Origin: Geobacteraceae bacterium
GTDB taxonomy: Bacteria > Desulfobacterota > Desulfuromonadia > Geobacterales > Geobacteraceae
NCBI GenBank assembly: GCA_034933285.1
Contig: JAYFNT010000030.1
Location: 196-64,195, forward strand
Reading direction: 5' to 3'
Length of the DNA: 64,000 nt
Both the position numbers and the translations under genes were made by a program. Shown here piece after piece: positions 40,655-51,765 of the stretch (positions are counted from its first letter, which is position 1; every line of letters begins with the position of its first letter). The notes beneath the pieces were generated by a model that saw only the letters and a list, made by a program, of their open reading frames with translations, made no database searches and was not told where the DNA came from.

Positions 40655-42403
40655 ATGAAAAGTGCCGATGAGATTTTGCGTAAATGCGAAAAATGGTATT
40701 CGCCTCCCTTTGCCATGGCTGCTGAGAAGGTGGAGTTATCATACGTTGAGGGCATGACAGTGGATGCTGAAATGGTTCAAAAAGGCGCGCCGGGCGCCGG
40801 ATTATCCTTCCGGATCGGGGAAGACGGGAAAAAGCTTGTGGCCGTATTCGAGGCAGCCGGAGTAATGTCGCCGATAGATACGGACACGGCGAACCGGATG
40901 CTTGCCAGGCAAGGTTTCGCGGACCTGTTCATTTTTGCCGATGCCATTGAAAGGATGGTGAAACAATACAATTCCGGCACAGGGTTCACTCTTGTTGTTG
41001 GAGAGCGGCGCGACGGAGCTTTTTCCATAAACATCGCCCCCGACCTTATGTGTGCGCAACTGACCATGACGCCTGCTTATGGCGGGAAACCGGTTACGGG
41101 CGATGAGATTTATGAGGCATTGCGTCAAAAAGGTATTGCATTCGGGATACTCGACGATACTATTCAGTCCGCAGTTGCAAAAGGCTATGCCCGGAACAAA
41201 GTCATTGCAGAAGGGGTTCCCCCGGTTCAGGGGGATGACGCCCAGTTTGTCAGCCTGATCCGCGAGCTCAAAAATTCCCTGCCTGATACCGACGAGAATG
41301 GAACGATTGATTATCGCAATATCGGCAACCTCATTACGGTCAACCCCGGTGACCCGCTGATGCGGCGCGTGCCGCCCACTGAAGGGAGACCTGGCGCCAA
41401 TATTCTCGGGACCCCGGTACCGGCGCCCATGGGGGTCGACATCCCGTTTTCGCCGCTCTTGGGGGGGGTGTCAGTTCACGTGAACGACCCCGATCTGCTG
41501 GTGGCTGCAATTTCCGGGCAACCGTTTCTGCTGCAAAACGGCGTGAATGTGGAGCCGGTAATTAACATAAAGGATGTGGACCTGTCTACAGGCAACCTTG
41601 ACATCAAGGGAACGCTCAATATTGCCGGCGACGTCAAACCCGGGATGCAGGTGAAAGCTTCAGCCGATATCGTTATCGGAGGCATGGTGGAAGCGGCGCT
41701 TGTCGAGGCGGGCGGCGATGTGGAAGTCAGGGGCGCGGTAATCGGGCACGGCGAGCCCAGAACCGGGGCCGGGGAAGTCAACACGGTGGCGGCCATGATA
41801 CGGGCAGAAGGCTCCGTGAAGGCTCTGTTCGTGGAAAACGCCATTATCTGCTCCGGCGCGGATGTAATCATCCGTGAGTTTGTCATGAAGAGCGAACTGA
41901 ACGCGGGCAACGGTATCATGGTCGGCGAGCCGGGATCGGGCAAAGGACGCATCATCAATTCGCTATGCCGTGCAGGCGGAAGCATCGAAGCGATCACCAT
42001 CGGGTCGCTGTCGGATACCGGCACCGTGCTGGAAGCCGGCGCGGACCCGTCGATCAAGGATAAATTGACGTCGGCGAAACAGATGCTGCACTGCAAGGAA
42101 AGAGAACTGGAAGAGGCGTCAAAAGCGCTTGAGTATTTCCGGAATAACCCGGACAGGAACTCACCGGAAGCGATAATAGAAAAAGAAAAAACCTTGCGCC
42201 GGATTCAGACGGAAATCCAGGAACTGAAGGGACAGCTGAAGCGGCTGAATAAAAGGTTTGAACAGCTGGGCAGCGCCTGGATCAAGGCGGAACGCCAGGT
42301 TTATTGCGGGGTGAGGATCGGCATCGGGGAGAAAGTGATGCTCCTGGATAATGATATGGAGAGGGTCACTTTCACATTGGGAGAAGACGGGATAACGTTC
42401 TGA
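40655..42403 (+). CDS. FapA-family (DUF342) protein
   Basis: Characteristic DUF342 core (IDYRNIGNLITV..GD.L......EG.PG.NILG..VP) with a repetitive beta-helix region (GNLDIKGTLNIAGDV..GM.V.A..DIVIGG.VE.A.VEAGGDVEVRG) and a C-terminal coiled coil. The start is uncertain (40580, 40655 or 40715). Confidence 0.8.
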   Translation: MKSADEILRKCEKWYSPPFAMAAEKVELSYVEGMTVDAEMVQKGAPGAGLSFRIGEDGKKLVAVFEAAGVMSPIDTDTANRMLARQGFADLFIFADAIERMVKQYNSGTGFTLVVGERRDGAFSINIAPDLMCAQLTMTPAYGGKPVTGDEIYEALRQKGIAFGILDDTIQSAVAKGYARNKVIAEGVPPVQGDDAQFVSLIRELKNSLPDTDENGTIDYRNIGNLITVNPGDPLMRRVPPTEGRPGANILGTPVPAPMGVDIPFSPLLGGVSVHVNDPDLLVAAISGQPFLLQNGVNVEPVINIKDVDLSTGNLDIKGTLNIAGDVKPGMQVKASADIVIGGMVEAALVEAGGDVEVRGAVIGHGEPRTGAGEVNTVAAMIRAEGSVKALFVENAIICSGADVIIREFVMKSELNAGNGIMVGEPGSGKGRIINSLCRAGGSIEAITIGSLSDTGTVLEAGADPSIKDKLTSAKQMLHCKERELEEASKALEYFRNNPDRNSPEAIIEKEKTLRRIQTEIQELKGQLKRLNKRFEQLGSAWIKAERQVYCGVRIGIGEKVMLLDNDMERVTFTLGEDGITF

Positions 42404-42837
42404 CAGCCTGTTAAAGCGTTTTGCTGTCGATTTCATTGAAATTGGTAATTCCAACGGATTTGCACTATTGACGAAAACCATTCTATCGTGAAAAAAGTCG
42501 CAATAACCACTCACCGGATTAATATGCCTCGCTATTGTCCTGATAACGGCGTACAGTAACTGCTGACCTGCCATTCGGAATCCATTCCTCCAAGTCTTTT
42601 CGAATTCCCGCTTTTTCCAGGCCGTCTACCTCCACCTCTCAGTCGATTTCTCCGGAACATCATGCACTGTTCCTTTATTGAGTTTTTCCGTCACGTGAAA
42701 CCCCTGACAGCAAAGCTCTCCCACACTCATCCATCTTTTACGGAAAATTTACATCGCCGACACAGCATCTTGAAGAAACAGGTCTACAATTGGATCTGGC
42801 ATGTAATCGCGTAAAACGCGTCACGGGAGTGTACCAA

Positions 42838-44355
42838 ATGAAAATTCTGCTCGTTTATCCCCACTATCCTGATACCTTCTGGAGCTTTCGGCACGCACTG
42901 AAATTCATCGGCAGGAAGGCAAGCTTCCCGCCGCTTGGGCTTTTGACGGTGGCTGCCATGCTCCCCGGCGATTGGGAAAAGAGGCTCGTGGATATGAACG
43001 TCCGTCCACTCGCTGATAGCGACCTGGCGTGGGCGGATTACGTATTCATCAGCGCCATGGCCATCCAGCTGGAATCGGCGCAGGAGGTGATCGCCCGCTG
43101 CCGTAGGCTTGGAGTCAAGACCGTCGCCGGTGGTCCCCTCTTCACCGCCTGCCATGAGGATTTCCCCAACGTGGACCACCTGGTGCTGGGCGAGGCGGAG
43201 ATAACCCTTCCCCTGTTCCTGGAGGACCTGCGCAGAGGAGAAGCCGGTCACCTGTATGCTGAAGAGCGGCGGGCGGACCTGGGAGAGACTCCGATACCGC
43301 TCTGGGAATTGGCCGATGTCCGTAAATACGCCTCCATGAACATCCAGTATTCGCGGGGATGCCCCTTCGACTGCGAATTCTGCGATATCACCGCCCTGTT
43401 CGGCAGAAAACCGAGGAGCAAGAGCAGGGAACAGCTGCTCGCCGAGCTTGACAGCCTGTATGTGCGGGGATGGCGCGGAGCGGTCTTTTTCGTGGACGAT
43501 AACTTCATCGGCGACCGGGGCAAGCTGAAACGTGAAGTCCTGCCCTCCATAATCGACTGGATGGAGGAGCGTGGGCGGCCGTTCTACTTTTACACCGAGG
43601 CGTCCATCGACCTGGCGGACGATCCCGGACTGATGGAGCTCATGGTCAGGGCGGGGTTCGAGGAGGTGTTCATCGGCATCGAGACCCCCTACGAGGGCGG
43701 CCTGGCCGAAAGCGGCAAGGTGCAGAACAGGAACCGCGACATGCTGGCTTCGGTGAAGCTGATCCAGCAGGCCGGTCTGCAGGTGCACGCGGGGTTCATC
43801 GTGGGTTTCGACAGCGATCCGTCATCTATTTTCGACAGGCAGATCCGCTTCATCCAGGAAAGCGGCATCGTTACCGCCATGGTCGGGATGCTGACCGCGC
43901 TGCGTGGCACCAGGCTCTATCAGCGGCTGCTCAGCGAGGGACGACTGCTGGGGGACGCCTCCGGCAACAACACGGAGATTGCCCTGAACTTCATTCCGCG
44001 CATGGATCCCAAGACGCTCATACGCGGTTACCGGACCATTCTGGACACCATCTATTCGCCGAAGAACTATTACCTGCGGGTGATCAGGCTCCTAAGCGAG
44101 TACCGACCGCTGCATCTGGGGAAATTCCATTTCCAGCGTGGTTATTTGGGGGCGCTCTTCAAATCCGTCATGTTCCTGGGAGTGATCGGCAAAGAGAGAC
44201 TCTACTTCTGGAAATTGTTTTTCTGGTCTCTCATCAGGAAGCCGCGGCTTTTCCCGCTGGCCATAACCTATGCCATTTACGGATTCCATTTCAGAAAGGT
44301 AGCGGAGAAGATCGGGGAGCACGGGATGCCCGGGGGGAGCGGATTTGGCGATTGA
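42838..44355 (+). CDS. B12-binding-domain radical SAM protein (DUF4070-type C-terminus)
   Basis: ATG 42838 follows GGGAG. The N-terminal cobalamin-binding-like domain starts MKILLVYP..., and the radical SAM motif is RGCPFDCEFCD. Confidence 0.85.
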   Translation: MKILLVYPHYPDTFWSFRHALKFIGRKASFPPLGLLTVAAMLPGDWEKRLVDMNVRPLADSDLAWADYVFISAMAIQLESAQEVIARCRRLGVKTVAGGPLFTACHEDFPNVDHLVLGEAEITLPLFLEDLRRGEAGHLYAEERRADLGETPIPLWELADVRKYASMNIQYSRGCPFDCEFCDITALFGRKPRSKSREQLLAELDSLYVRGWRGAVFFVDDNFIGDRGKLKREVLPSIIDWMEERGRPFYFYTEASIDLADDPGLMELMVRAGFEEVFIGIETPYEGGLAESGKVQNRNRDMLASVKLIQQAGLQVHAGFIVGFDSDPSSIFDRQIRFIQESGIVTAMVGMLTALRGTRLYQRLLSEGRLLGDASGNNTEIALNFIPRMDPKTLIRGYRTILDTIYSPKNYYLRVIRLLSEYRPLHLGKFHFQRGYLGALFKSVMFLGVIGKERLYFWKLFFWSLIRKPRLFPLAITYAIYGFHFRKVAEKIGEHGMPGGSGFGD

Positions 44356-44376
44356 CGAAAGCGGAATGCCTTCCGG

Positions 44377-45783
44377 CTATGTCGCAGGCGCCGTTTTCAT
44401 ATCGCCGCCCAGTGCCTGATAAAGCTTCATGATGTTTTTCAGCCGGTTCAGCCGGTTCTCGTCCAGCGTGGTCTCTGCGCTGCGCCGCCGCTCCTGCTCG
44501 TCCAGCCAGTCCTGAACGCCGGTTGCACCGGCGCGGTAGCGGATTTCAGACAGCAGTTCGGCTTTCCGTGCAGAGGAAAGCGCCTGTTCCAGCTGGACCC
44601 GCTCTTCCTCGTAACGGGCCTGGGCGGAGAGGGCGTTCTCCACGTCGCTCAGGGCCTTGTAGAGGGTCTGGCGGAAATTGACCACTGCCTCTTCATAGTG
44701 GGTCTCGGAAATTTTGACGGTAAGGCGGGCGGTGTTCCACTGCACGAAGGGGAGGGCAAGTCCCACTCCCAGCGTCGTGACCGGATTTCGCAGCACGTTC
44801 TCCAGGCTGATGCTGCTGCCCCCGGCAGAGCCGGTCAGGGTGAACGAGGGATAGAAGCTGGCTTTTGCATAATCCGTGTCTGCCAGGTATTCCCGCAGCC
44901 TCAACTCCGCGGCTCGCAGGTCGGGACGGCGGCCCAGGAGCGAGACGGGCATGCCAGCCTTGACTGCGGGGAGCGGGCCGTCCGGAAGGGCTTCCCGCTC
45001 AGATACAGCGTTTTCGGGCGCCTGGTCGAAGAGGATCGCCAGGGCATTGCGGGCTTCGGTACGCTGCTGCTCCAGCTGGGTCAGGTTTGCCTTCTGGGTA
45101 GCGACCGTCTGCTCGGCCTGGGCCAGGTCCAGGGCGGAAACCGCTCCGGCCCGGTATTTTGCTTTGACCAGGTCCAGTGTCTTCTCCGCATAGGCAATGC
45201 TGGCCTTTTCCGTGTCGATCCTCTGGTTCAGAAACGCCACCTGCCAGTAAGCCGAGGCGGTGGTGCCGATCAGCGACAGGGCCGTGTTCTGCCGGTCCGC
45301 TTCCGTGGCTTCGGCCTCCCAGCGGTCTGCGTCGCGGGCTCTGGCCAGCTTTCCCCACAGATCCAGCTCATAGCTGAGCGCGCCGGTGACACTGTGGGAC
45401 TGGGTGAGTTCACCGTGCGCCAATGTCCCGACACTGCTTGCCGTTACATTCACATTAGGGGTCAGGTTGGTGTCGGTCAGTTTCGACTGCAGTTGCGCGC
45501 GCTTGACCTTGACGGTTGCCGCGGCCAGGTCGTTGTTGGTGCGCAGGGCGCGGTCGATCAGCTGGTCCAGGACGGGATCGTTGAAATTCTTCCACCACTG
45601 CGTGCCGTTGGCGACGGCGGTACCGGTTGCGGCCTGGTTCTGCCATTTTTCCGGAACAGAAACCTGAGGCTGCCTGAACTCGCTTCGAGGCAGCAGGCTG
45701 CAGCCGGATAACAGGGATGCAGCAAGAAGCACAGCTGCAAGATTTCGGCAATTTGGAGAGAACAGTCCAAACATGATTTCCAC
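44377..45783 (-). CDS. efflux outer-membrane factor lipoprotein, NodT/TolC family
   Basis: 468 aa. Lipobox LLSGCS and two TolC-like repeats with long alpha-helical coiled segments. Confidence 0.9.
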   Translation of the reverse strand: MEIMFGLFSPNCRNLAAVLLAASLLSGCSLLPRSEFRQPQVSVPEKWQNQAATGTAVANGTQWWKNFNDPVLDQLIDRALRTNNDLAAATVKVKRAQLQSKLTDTNLTPNVNVTASSVGTLAHGELTQSHSVTGALSYELDLWGKLARARDADRWEAEATEADRQNTALSLIGTTASAYWQVAFLNQRIDTEKASIAYAEKTLDLVKAKYRAGAVSALDLAQAEQTVATQKANLTQLEQQRTEARNALAILFDQAPENAVSEREALPDGPLPAVKAGMPVSLLGRRPDLRAAELRLREYLADTDYAKASFYPSFTLTGSAGGSSISLENVLRNPVTTLGVGLALPFVQWNTARLTVKISETHYEEAVVNFRQTLYKALSDVENALSAQARYEEERVQLEQALSSARKAELLSEIRYRAGATGVQDWLDEQERRRSAETTLDENRLNRLKNIMKLYQALGGDMKTAPAT

Positions 45784-45804
45784 CGTACGTTATTTTCTGA
45801 ATTC

Positions 45805-45838
45805 AGACCTGCCAGGTTTTCGAAACCTGGCAGGTCTC
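45805..45838. repeat. 34-nt perfect palindrome, copy 2 (AGACCTGCCAGGTTTTCGAAAACCTGGCAGGTCT)
   Basis: It lies between macB and the outer-membrane factor gene. It is identical to copy 1 (9670-9702) apart from the centre. Confidence 0.9.
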
Positions 45839-45862
45839 CTGTCATTGAAGCCGATTCATTCC

Positions 45863-47824
45863 CTATTCCCTGGCCAGCGCTTGTATGGGATCGAGGCGGG
45901 CCGCGTTGCGGGCCGGCAGGAAGCCGAACATCACCCCGATCAGCGATGAGCAGAAAAAGGCTGCAACGACGGAAACTGTCGAAAACTTCATGGTTATGGC
46001 GGTGACGAAGAGCGGGAAAACCAGGCCCACGCCATAAGACAGCAGTATGCCGATCAATCCCCCCATCAGGCAGACCAGCACTGCCTCGATGAGGAACTGC
46101 TGCAGGATGTCGCTCTGCCTGGCGCCCACCGCCATGCGGATGCCGATTTCAAAAGTCCGTTCGCTGACCGACACCAGCATGATGTTCATCACCCCGATGC
46201 CTCCCACTACCAGCGAGATCACGGCAATGGCTGAAATAAGCAGGGTCAGTGTGGCGGTTGTCTTGTTGACCGTTTTCAGGATGGTGTCGCTGCTGCTGGT
46301 GTAGAAGTCCTTGGTTCCGTGGCGACGGGTGAGAAGGGTGATGATGTTCTGCTCCGCGACCTGGTTCGACAGCCCTTCCCGTACCCGGACGGTCGCGGAG
46401 CTCAGGTACTGTTGCCCCAGCAGCCGTCCCATGGCGGCGGTATAGGGAATCCAGACGCTCAGGTTCTGGCTGTTGCCGAACGGGCTTTCCTTCTCCCTGG
46501 TCACGCCGATCACCCGGCAGGGGAGGGCGCCGAGAAAGATCACCCGGCCTATCGCGTCACTGCTGCCGGAAAAGAACTTTTTCGCAGTGTTCTGGTCTAT
46601 GACCACTACCTGGGTCTGCCTTCTCACGTCGTCTTCCAGGAAGATCGCTCCCTGGTCGATTTCAAGCCCCCGGACCCGGAAGTACTGCTCTCCCACTCCG
46701 CTCACGGAAGCGTTTGCGGTTATGTTGCGGTATCTCACCAGGACGCTGCCGTTGAGAACAGGAGTGACGCTGTCCACGTAGGTTTCGCTCTTCAGCGCGT
46801 CCATGTCGGCCGGGACCAGCGTATGTATGGTGGATGCCTTTTCATCCCCCCAGTCCTTGCCGGGTAAGACATCGATCACGTTGGTTCCCATGGAGCTGAT
46901 GTCGTTGATAACCTTCTGCCTGGCCCCCTGTCCGATGGCCACCACGGAGACCACGGCGGTTATGCCGATGATGATCCCCAGCATGGTGAGCAGGGTGCGG
47001 AGGCGGTGGGAGACCATGGCGATCCATGCCATCTTGAATGCTTCGCCGAAACGGCTCCAGGTCACGCGCAGGATGTTTGCCCGGCGATCTTCCCGGGCCG
47101 GTTCGTGCATCCGGCCCTGATCGCCCGCGGGCCTTGCTGGATTCACTTCGTCGCGAACGACGGCGCCGTCGCTGAGTTCGATGATCCGCCCGGCATGGGC
47201 CGCGACGTTCATGTCGTGGGTTACCAGGATGACGGTGTGTCCGCGGCCGTGCAGCTCGTGGAGGATGTCCATCATTTCCAGGCCGCTCTTCTTGTCCAGT
47301 GCCCCGGTGGGCTCGTCCGCCAGGATCACGTTGCCGCCGTTCATGAGCGCCCGGGCGATGCTCACCCGTTGCTGCTGGCCGCCGGAAAGCTGGCCGGGAC
47401 GATGGTCGAAGCGGTCGCCGAGCCCCAGGCGGCAGAGCAGTTCGCGTGCACGCGCCCGCCGCCGGTTTTTTTCGACCCCTGCGTAGACAGCCGGGATTTC
47501 CACGTTGCGGACGGCATCCAGGTGGGGCAGCAGGTGGTAGCGCTGGAAGATGAAGCCGAAATATTCCCGGCGCAACCTGGCCAGGGCATCGTTGTCCAGT
47601 TCGCCCGTTTCCCGTCCGTTGACCAGGTACCGGCCGCTGCTCGGCCGGTCCAGGCAGCCGAGAATGTTCATCAGCGTGGACTTGCCGGAGCCGGACGCTC
47701 CCACTATGGCAACCATCTCGCCCGGCCTGATGGACAGGCTTACCCGGTCAAGTGCCGCGACTTCCTGGTCGCCGGCAGGGAACCTGCGCGAGACTTCCCG
47801 AAGTTCGATAATCGGCGTTTCCAT
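45863..47824 (-). CDS. macB: MacB-type ABC transporter (fused ATPase + FtsX-like permease)
   Basis: ATG 47824 gives METPIIELREVSRRF. Walker A GASGSGKST, signature LSGGQQQRV, Walker B ILADEPTGALD and a C-terminal 4-TM FtsX domain with a large periplasmic loop. Confidence 0.9.
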   Translation of the reverse strand: METPIIELREVSRRFPAGDQEVAALDRVSLSIRPGEMVAIVGASGSGKSTLMNILGCLDRPSSGRYLVNGRETGELDNDALARLRREYFGFIFQRYHLLPHLDAVRNVEIPAVYAGVEKNRRRARARELLCRLGLGDRFDHRPGQLSGGQQQRVSIARALMNGGNVILADEPTGALDKKSGLEMMDILHELHGRGHTVILVTHDMNVAAHAGRIIELSDGAVVRDEVNPARPAGDQGRMHEPAREDRRANILRVTWSRFGEAFKMAWIAMVSHRLRTLLTMLGIIIGITAVVSVVAIGQGARQKVINDISSMGTNVIDVLPGKDWGDEKASTIHTLVPADMDALKSETYVDSVTPVLNGSVLVRYRNITANASVSGVGEQYFRVRGLEIDQGAIFLEDDVRRQTQVVVIDQNTAKKFFSGSSDAIGRVIFLGALPCRVIGVTREKESPFGNSQNLSVWIPYTAAMGRLLGQQYLSSATVRVREGLSNQVAEQNIITLLTRRHGTKDFYTSSSDTILKTVNKTTATLTLLISAIAVISLVVGGIGVMNIMLVSVSERTFEIGIRMAVGARQSDILQQFLIEAVLVCLMGGLIGILLSYGVGLVFPLFVTAITMKFSTVSVVAAFFCSSLIGVMFGFLPARNAARLDPIQALARE

Positions 47825-47825
47825 G

Positions 47826-49031
47826 CTATCGCCTCCCCGGCGGCGGCCCCGGATGTTGCCCGGCGGAGCTGGACGTGGACACCTGGGACGCAGCATCTCC
47901 GATTATGACTTTTTCGCCTTCCCGCAAACCGCTGATAAGCTGAACGTTGACGTTATTGGATATGCCGACCCGGACGGTGCGATCTTCCGCCTTGCCGTTG
48001 ACCAGCACCTTGACTTTCTGTTGCCCGTTCTTCCCCTTGTCGCGCAATGCTGATACGGGGATGGAGAGCACCTGCCTGGCTTCGGAGAGGACCACGGCAA
48101 CCTGGGCTGTCATGGAAACGCGAAGCTTCCTGTCAGGGTTTCTCACGTCGAACAGGCCGTTGTAGTAGATTGCCGTGCTGCTGCTGGAACTGCTCGAAGA
48201 GGTGCTGCTGGTACTGCTGGCGGCTTCGGTAGCCGGTTCGATGGCGCGCAACACGCCGTAGTGGCGGGTGTCGGGATCGCCGAGAATGGTGAAATAAACT
48301 TTCTGGCCCGGTTTCACCTTGATGACGTCGGCTTCGGAAATCTCCGCTTTGACAGTCATGGTGCCGAGGTTGGCAAGCTTGAGGATGGTAGGTGCCGTCT
48401 GTGCGGAATTGACGGTCTGCCCTTCCTCGGTGACAATGCCGATGACCACGCCATCCATGGGGGCAACGATCCGGGTGTAATCCAGGTTGGCCTTGGCGGT
48501 TTCAACGGCTACTTTCGCCTTCCTGTGCTGTGCTTCGAGTGCGGCCAGGTCCGCACGCGTGGTGTCGTACTGGGCCTGGGCGGTTTCCAGGTCGGCACGC
48601 GACCCCGCGTCCTGCGCGGCAAGCTCTTTCTGTCGCTTGTAGGCCAGGTCGTACTGGCGCAGCAGCGCCTTTTTCGCCTTGATCTGCGCCGCCACGTTTT
48701 CCCGCGAGGCCTCCGCGTCCTTCAGGGAATTCTCCTGGAGCACCGGGTCGATCACTGCCAGGAGCTGGCCCTTCCTGACTTCATCCCCCAGCTTTACATA
48801 CAGTTTTTTCAACTGCCCGGAGACCTGGGCGCCCACATCCACCGTCTTAAGCGCCTCCATCGTGCCGCTGGCGAGAACGCTTTCCTCGATGTCCATGCGA
48901 GTGACGGACGCCGTTATGAATGCGGGGGCGTCCCGGGAAAACAGGAGCTTTTTGCCCAGGATGCCGGTCACGAGCAAGACGGCTGCCGCGATAAGAATTA
49001 TGATGACCTGTTTGCGCTTGATTTTCCTCAT
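47826..49031 (-). CDS. macA: MacA-type periplasmic adaptor (RND/MFP family)
   Basis: TM anchor, coiled-coil hairpin and beta-barrel domains, with an unusual poly-Ser stretch (ASSTSSTSSSSSSSS). The stop abuts the macB ATG. The start is 49031 or 49085. Confidence 0.85.
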   Translation of the reverse strand: MRKIKRKQVIIILIAAAVLLVTGILGKKLLFSRDAPAFITASVTRMDIEESVLASGTMEALKTVDVGAQVSGQLKKLYVKLGDEVRKGQLLAVIDPVLQENSLKDAEASRENVAAQIKAKKALLRQYDLAYKRQKELAAQDAGSRADLETAQAQYDTTRADLAALEAQHRKAKVAVETAKANLDYTRIVAPMDGVVIGIVTEEGQTVNSAQTAPTILKLANLGTMTVKAEISEADVIKVKPGQKVYFTILGDPDTRHYGVLRAIEPATEAASSTSSTSSSSSSSSTAIYYNGLFDVRNPDRKLRVSMTAQVAVVLSEARQVLSIPVSALRDKGKNGQQKVKVLVNGKAEDRTVRVGISNNVNVQLISGLREGEKVIIGDAASQVSTSSSAGQHPGPPPGRR

Positions 49032-49281
49032 GCAATCGTTTCCGTTTCCGACCCGTGCGAACCGCAACGCACGGGCCATGAACATGCTCTATGCCCCCCC
49101 TCATCCGTGCCTGCTCCGCCGAAGTCGCCTGGCTACGAAGACCGGGCCCTTCGGGCCACCTTCTCCCTTAATGGAGAAGGTTTTCATTCATTACCCTCTC
49201 CATTAAGGGAGAGGGTGTCGCTCAGCGACGGGTGAGGGGTGACGATTTTACGAGTTCATGTTTCTTTGATTTACCGGAGGC

Positions 49282-49788
49282 TCATGGTTGCTGTTCGCCA
49301 TGGAAGAAGGGCGGATGGCCCGGTCCCGGTTCCATGGGGGGGCGGAGCTTCTGCTGCAGTTTTCGCTGTTCGGGGGTCAGCACGGAATTGATCCGGCTCT
49401 GCATCCGGGCATGGGAAACGCTCAATTCTACCTCTGCCTGGGCCTGCCTGGCGGCTATGGACCTTACTGACGCCTCATCGAAGGGGGTTTTCTCCGCCGC
49501 GTCGCGCAGCTGTTTACGGTATTCGCCGATCTTTTTCATGAACGGGCCGCTCTTCTCGTGTTCGCTCTTTTCAATGTCCCTGATCTGTTTCTGCTGGGCA
49601 TCGCTCAGGCCCAACACCTCGGCCATGCGGGCGAGGTGGCCCTCATGCGGCGCCTTGCCGCATGGTCCTTGACCCATTTCGGCTGGCGGCGCCGGCATTG
49701 GCCGGATCTCGTCAGCTGCCCAGGCTCCAAGGCTGCCGGCAGTCAGGGCAGCCACCAGCAGTGTTTCAAGCAGGATCTTACGTTTCAT
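49282..49788 (-). CDS. periplasmic Spy/CpxP-family (LTxxQ motif) protein
   Basis: Signal peptide ...GSLGAWA/AD, and LSDAQQKQI and LTPEQRKLQ repeats. Confidence 0.7.
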   Translation of the reverse strand: MKRKILLETLLVAALTAGSLGAWAADEIRPMPAPPAEMGQGPCGKAPHEGHLARMAEVLGLSDAQQKQIRDIEKSEHEKSGPFMKKIGEYRKQLRDAAEKTPFDEASVRSIAARQAQAEVELSVSHARMQSRINSVLTPEQRKLQQKLRPPMEPGPGHPPFFHGEQQP

Positions 49789-50155
49789 GTTGTTCTCCTT
49801 TCCGGAATGATCGCTATCGGCAAGACCACATTTTTTTCCCGTTGCCTCGTGATGAATGATTAACAGGCAAATGTGCGCCGAATGTGAAAGAAATGAGGAA
49901 ATTGCGCCATGGATTGTTTTTTGGGGCTGACTTGATGAGCAATTGGAGGGAAACAGGAGTGTTCAACAGGCCTCTTTATGGCTTATATTGAGTAAATCAG
50001 GAAGGAATTACTGCTTGAGGAAATACAGGGACACCATGCCAATGAAGAAAGAATGGTAATAGTGTCCCTTTTCGCCATCCCTGCAAATATCCCGGTTGTC
50101 CAGGGGAAAAGGACTTGAAAAAAGAAATGATGATGACGTTGGACGCGAAGGCGGG

Positions 50156-51280
50156 TCACTTCCGGTAATAAATCCGGTAGACGGCTCCCGCCTTGTCATC
50201 CGAGACCAGCAGGCTGCCGTCCGGCATGACCTCCAGGTCCACCGGCCTTCCCCATGCCGTTCCCGCCCGCAGCCATCCCTCGGCGAAAACCTCGTAGGAG
50301 ACGGCTCGATTGTTTTTCAGCCGGACCAGCGTGACCCGGTAGCCGATGGGCTCGGAGCGGTTCCACGAGCCGTGCTCGGCGATGAAAACTTGGTTGCGGT
50401 ATTCCGCGGGGAACATGGAGCCGGTGTAAAACCTCATGCCGAGCGCAGCAACGTGGGGGCCCAGCTCCTGTTCCGTCGGCACGAAATCCGCTTTGTTCCT
50501 CCCCTTGCCGAACTTCGGGTCGGCAATATTCTTGCCGTGGAAGTAGGGGAAACCGAAATGGAGGCCCGGCGACGGGGCCCGGTTGAGCTCGTCGGGCGGA
50601 AGGTTGTCCCCCAGCCAGTCCCTGCCGTTGTCGGTGAACCACAGCTCGCGGGTTTGGGGATGCCAGTCGAAGCCGACGGTGTTGCGCACTCCCCGCGCGA
50701 AGATCTCCAGGTTCCTGCCGTCCGGGTCCATGCGCATGATGGAGGCGAACCTCGGGTCGCGCTCATCGCAGACGTTGCATGGCGCCCCGACCGGGACGTA
50801 GAGCTTGCCATCCGGTCCGAAGCGGATGAACTTCCAGCCATGGTGGGTTTTATCGGGGAACGAGTCGTTCACGACCACCGGCCGGGGAGGATTCGCCAGG
50901 CGGTTTTCGATGTCGTCATAGCGGAGCACCCTGCTCACTTCCGCCACGTAGAGGGAGCCGTTGCGGAACGCGACCCCGTTGGGCATCTCCAGGCCCCGGG
51001 CGATGGTGAAGACCTTCCTGTTCCGCCCCGTGCCGTCCCCGGGCGTGACGGCATATACCTTTCCTTCTTCCCTGGTGCCGACGAACAGGGTGCCCTTCGC
51101 TCCCAGGGCCAGGGAACGCGCACCGGGGAGCCTTCCTTCGTAGAGTTCGATGGCGAATCCCTTCGGCAGCCTTACTTGGTTCAGCTGTGGCCCGGCGCTT
51201 GAGCAGACGGGCAGGAAAAGCAAGAACAGCAGCAGGGTCACGGGGGAACATTTGGACGGCAGCCTGGGAATTGATGTCAT
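50156..51280 (-). CDS. PQQ-dependent sugar (sorbosone/glucose) dehydrogenase-family beta-propeller
   Basis: ATG 51280 follows GGGAGG and is followed by a signal peptide. The protein contains ARGVRNTVGFDWHP.T.ELWFTDNGRD...D..PPDELN and HFGFPY. Confidence 0.85.
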   Translation of the reverse strand: MTSIPRLPSKCSPVTLLLFLLFLPVCSSAGPQLNQVRLPKGFAIELYEGRLPGARSLALGAKGTLFVGTREEGKVYAVTPGDGTGRNRKVFTIARGLEMPNGVAFRNGSLYVAEVSRVLRYDDIENRLANPPRPVVVNDSFPDKTHHGWKFIRFGPDGKLYVPVGAPCNVCDERDPRFASIMRMDPDGRNLEIFARGVRNTVGFDWHPQTRELWFTDNGRDWLGDNLPPDELNRAPSPGLHFGFPYFHGKNIADPKFGKGRNKADFVPTEQELGPHVAALGMRFYTGSMFPAEYRNQVFIAEHGSWNRSEPIGYRVTLVRLKNNRAVSYEVFAEGWLRAGTAWGRPVDLEVMPDGSLLVSDDKAGAVYRIYYRK

Positions 51281-51720
51281 AGAGACCTCCCGAGTTGAGC
51301 ACATCAGACTTGCATGTTTGATGCATTCGAAAAAGTCGTCTCCCCGTTGCAAAACGGGGTCCAGTGATCTTAGATCTGATTGAAAAGACTGGATTCCGGC
51401 TTTCGCCGGAATGACGATAGAATGTTTTATGTCCTTTTTGCGATAGCATCACATTTTCTCAGTATACCAGGCGAATGGCCGATCTGAAGTGCCTCCTGCG
51501 GGGTTGTGCGCCTCCGCCGTGTCTTAATTGAAAAAAATTAAATGGTATTGAGGGTTTGGATCTGGTACAAAATGAACATTCCTTTAGTGTAAGAAAGATT
51601 ATTAGCAAGACCGTTGTATGGATGCCTGCAAAACGCCATATTGCCGCAGTTTGACGTGATTTGTTGAGGGCTCGTGATGGACGAGTACGACGAACAGATA
51701 ACTGATTGCGCACGATAACT

Positions 51721-51765
51721 GAAGCCGCCAATACCGGAATATTCCGGAGGCGGCTTTTTCTTTTG
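51721..51765 (+). terminator. intrinsic terminator with no annotated upstream gene
   Basis: AAGCCGCC-AATACCGGAATATTCCGGA-GGCGGCTT followed by TTTCTTTT. Only 13-codon ORFs lie upstream on this strand. Confidence 0.6.
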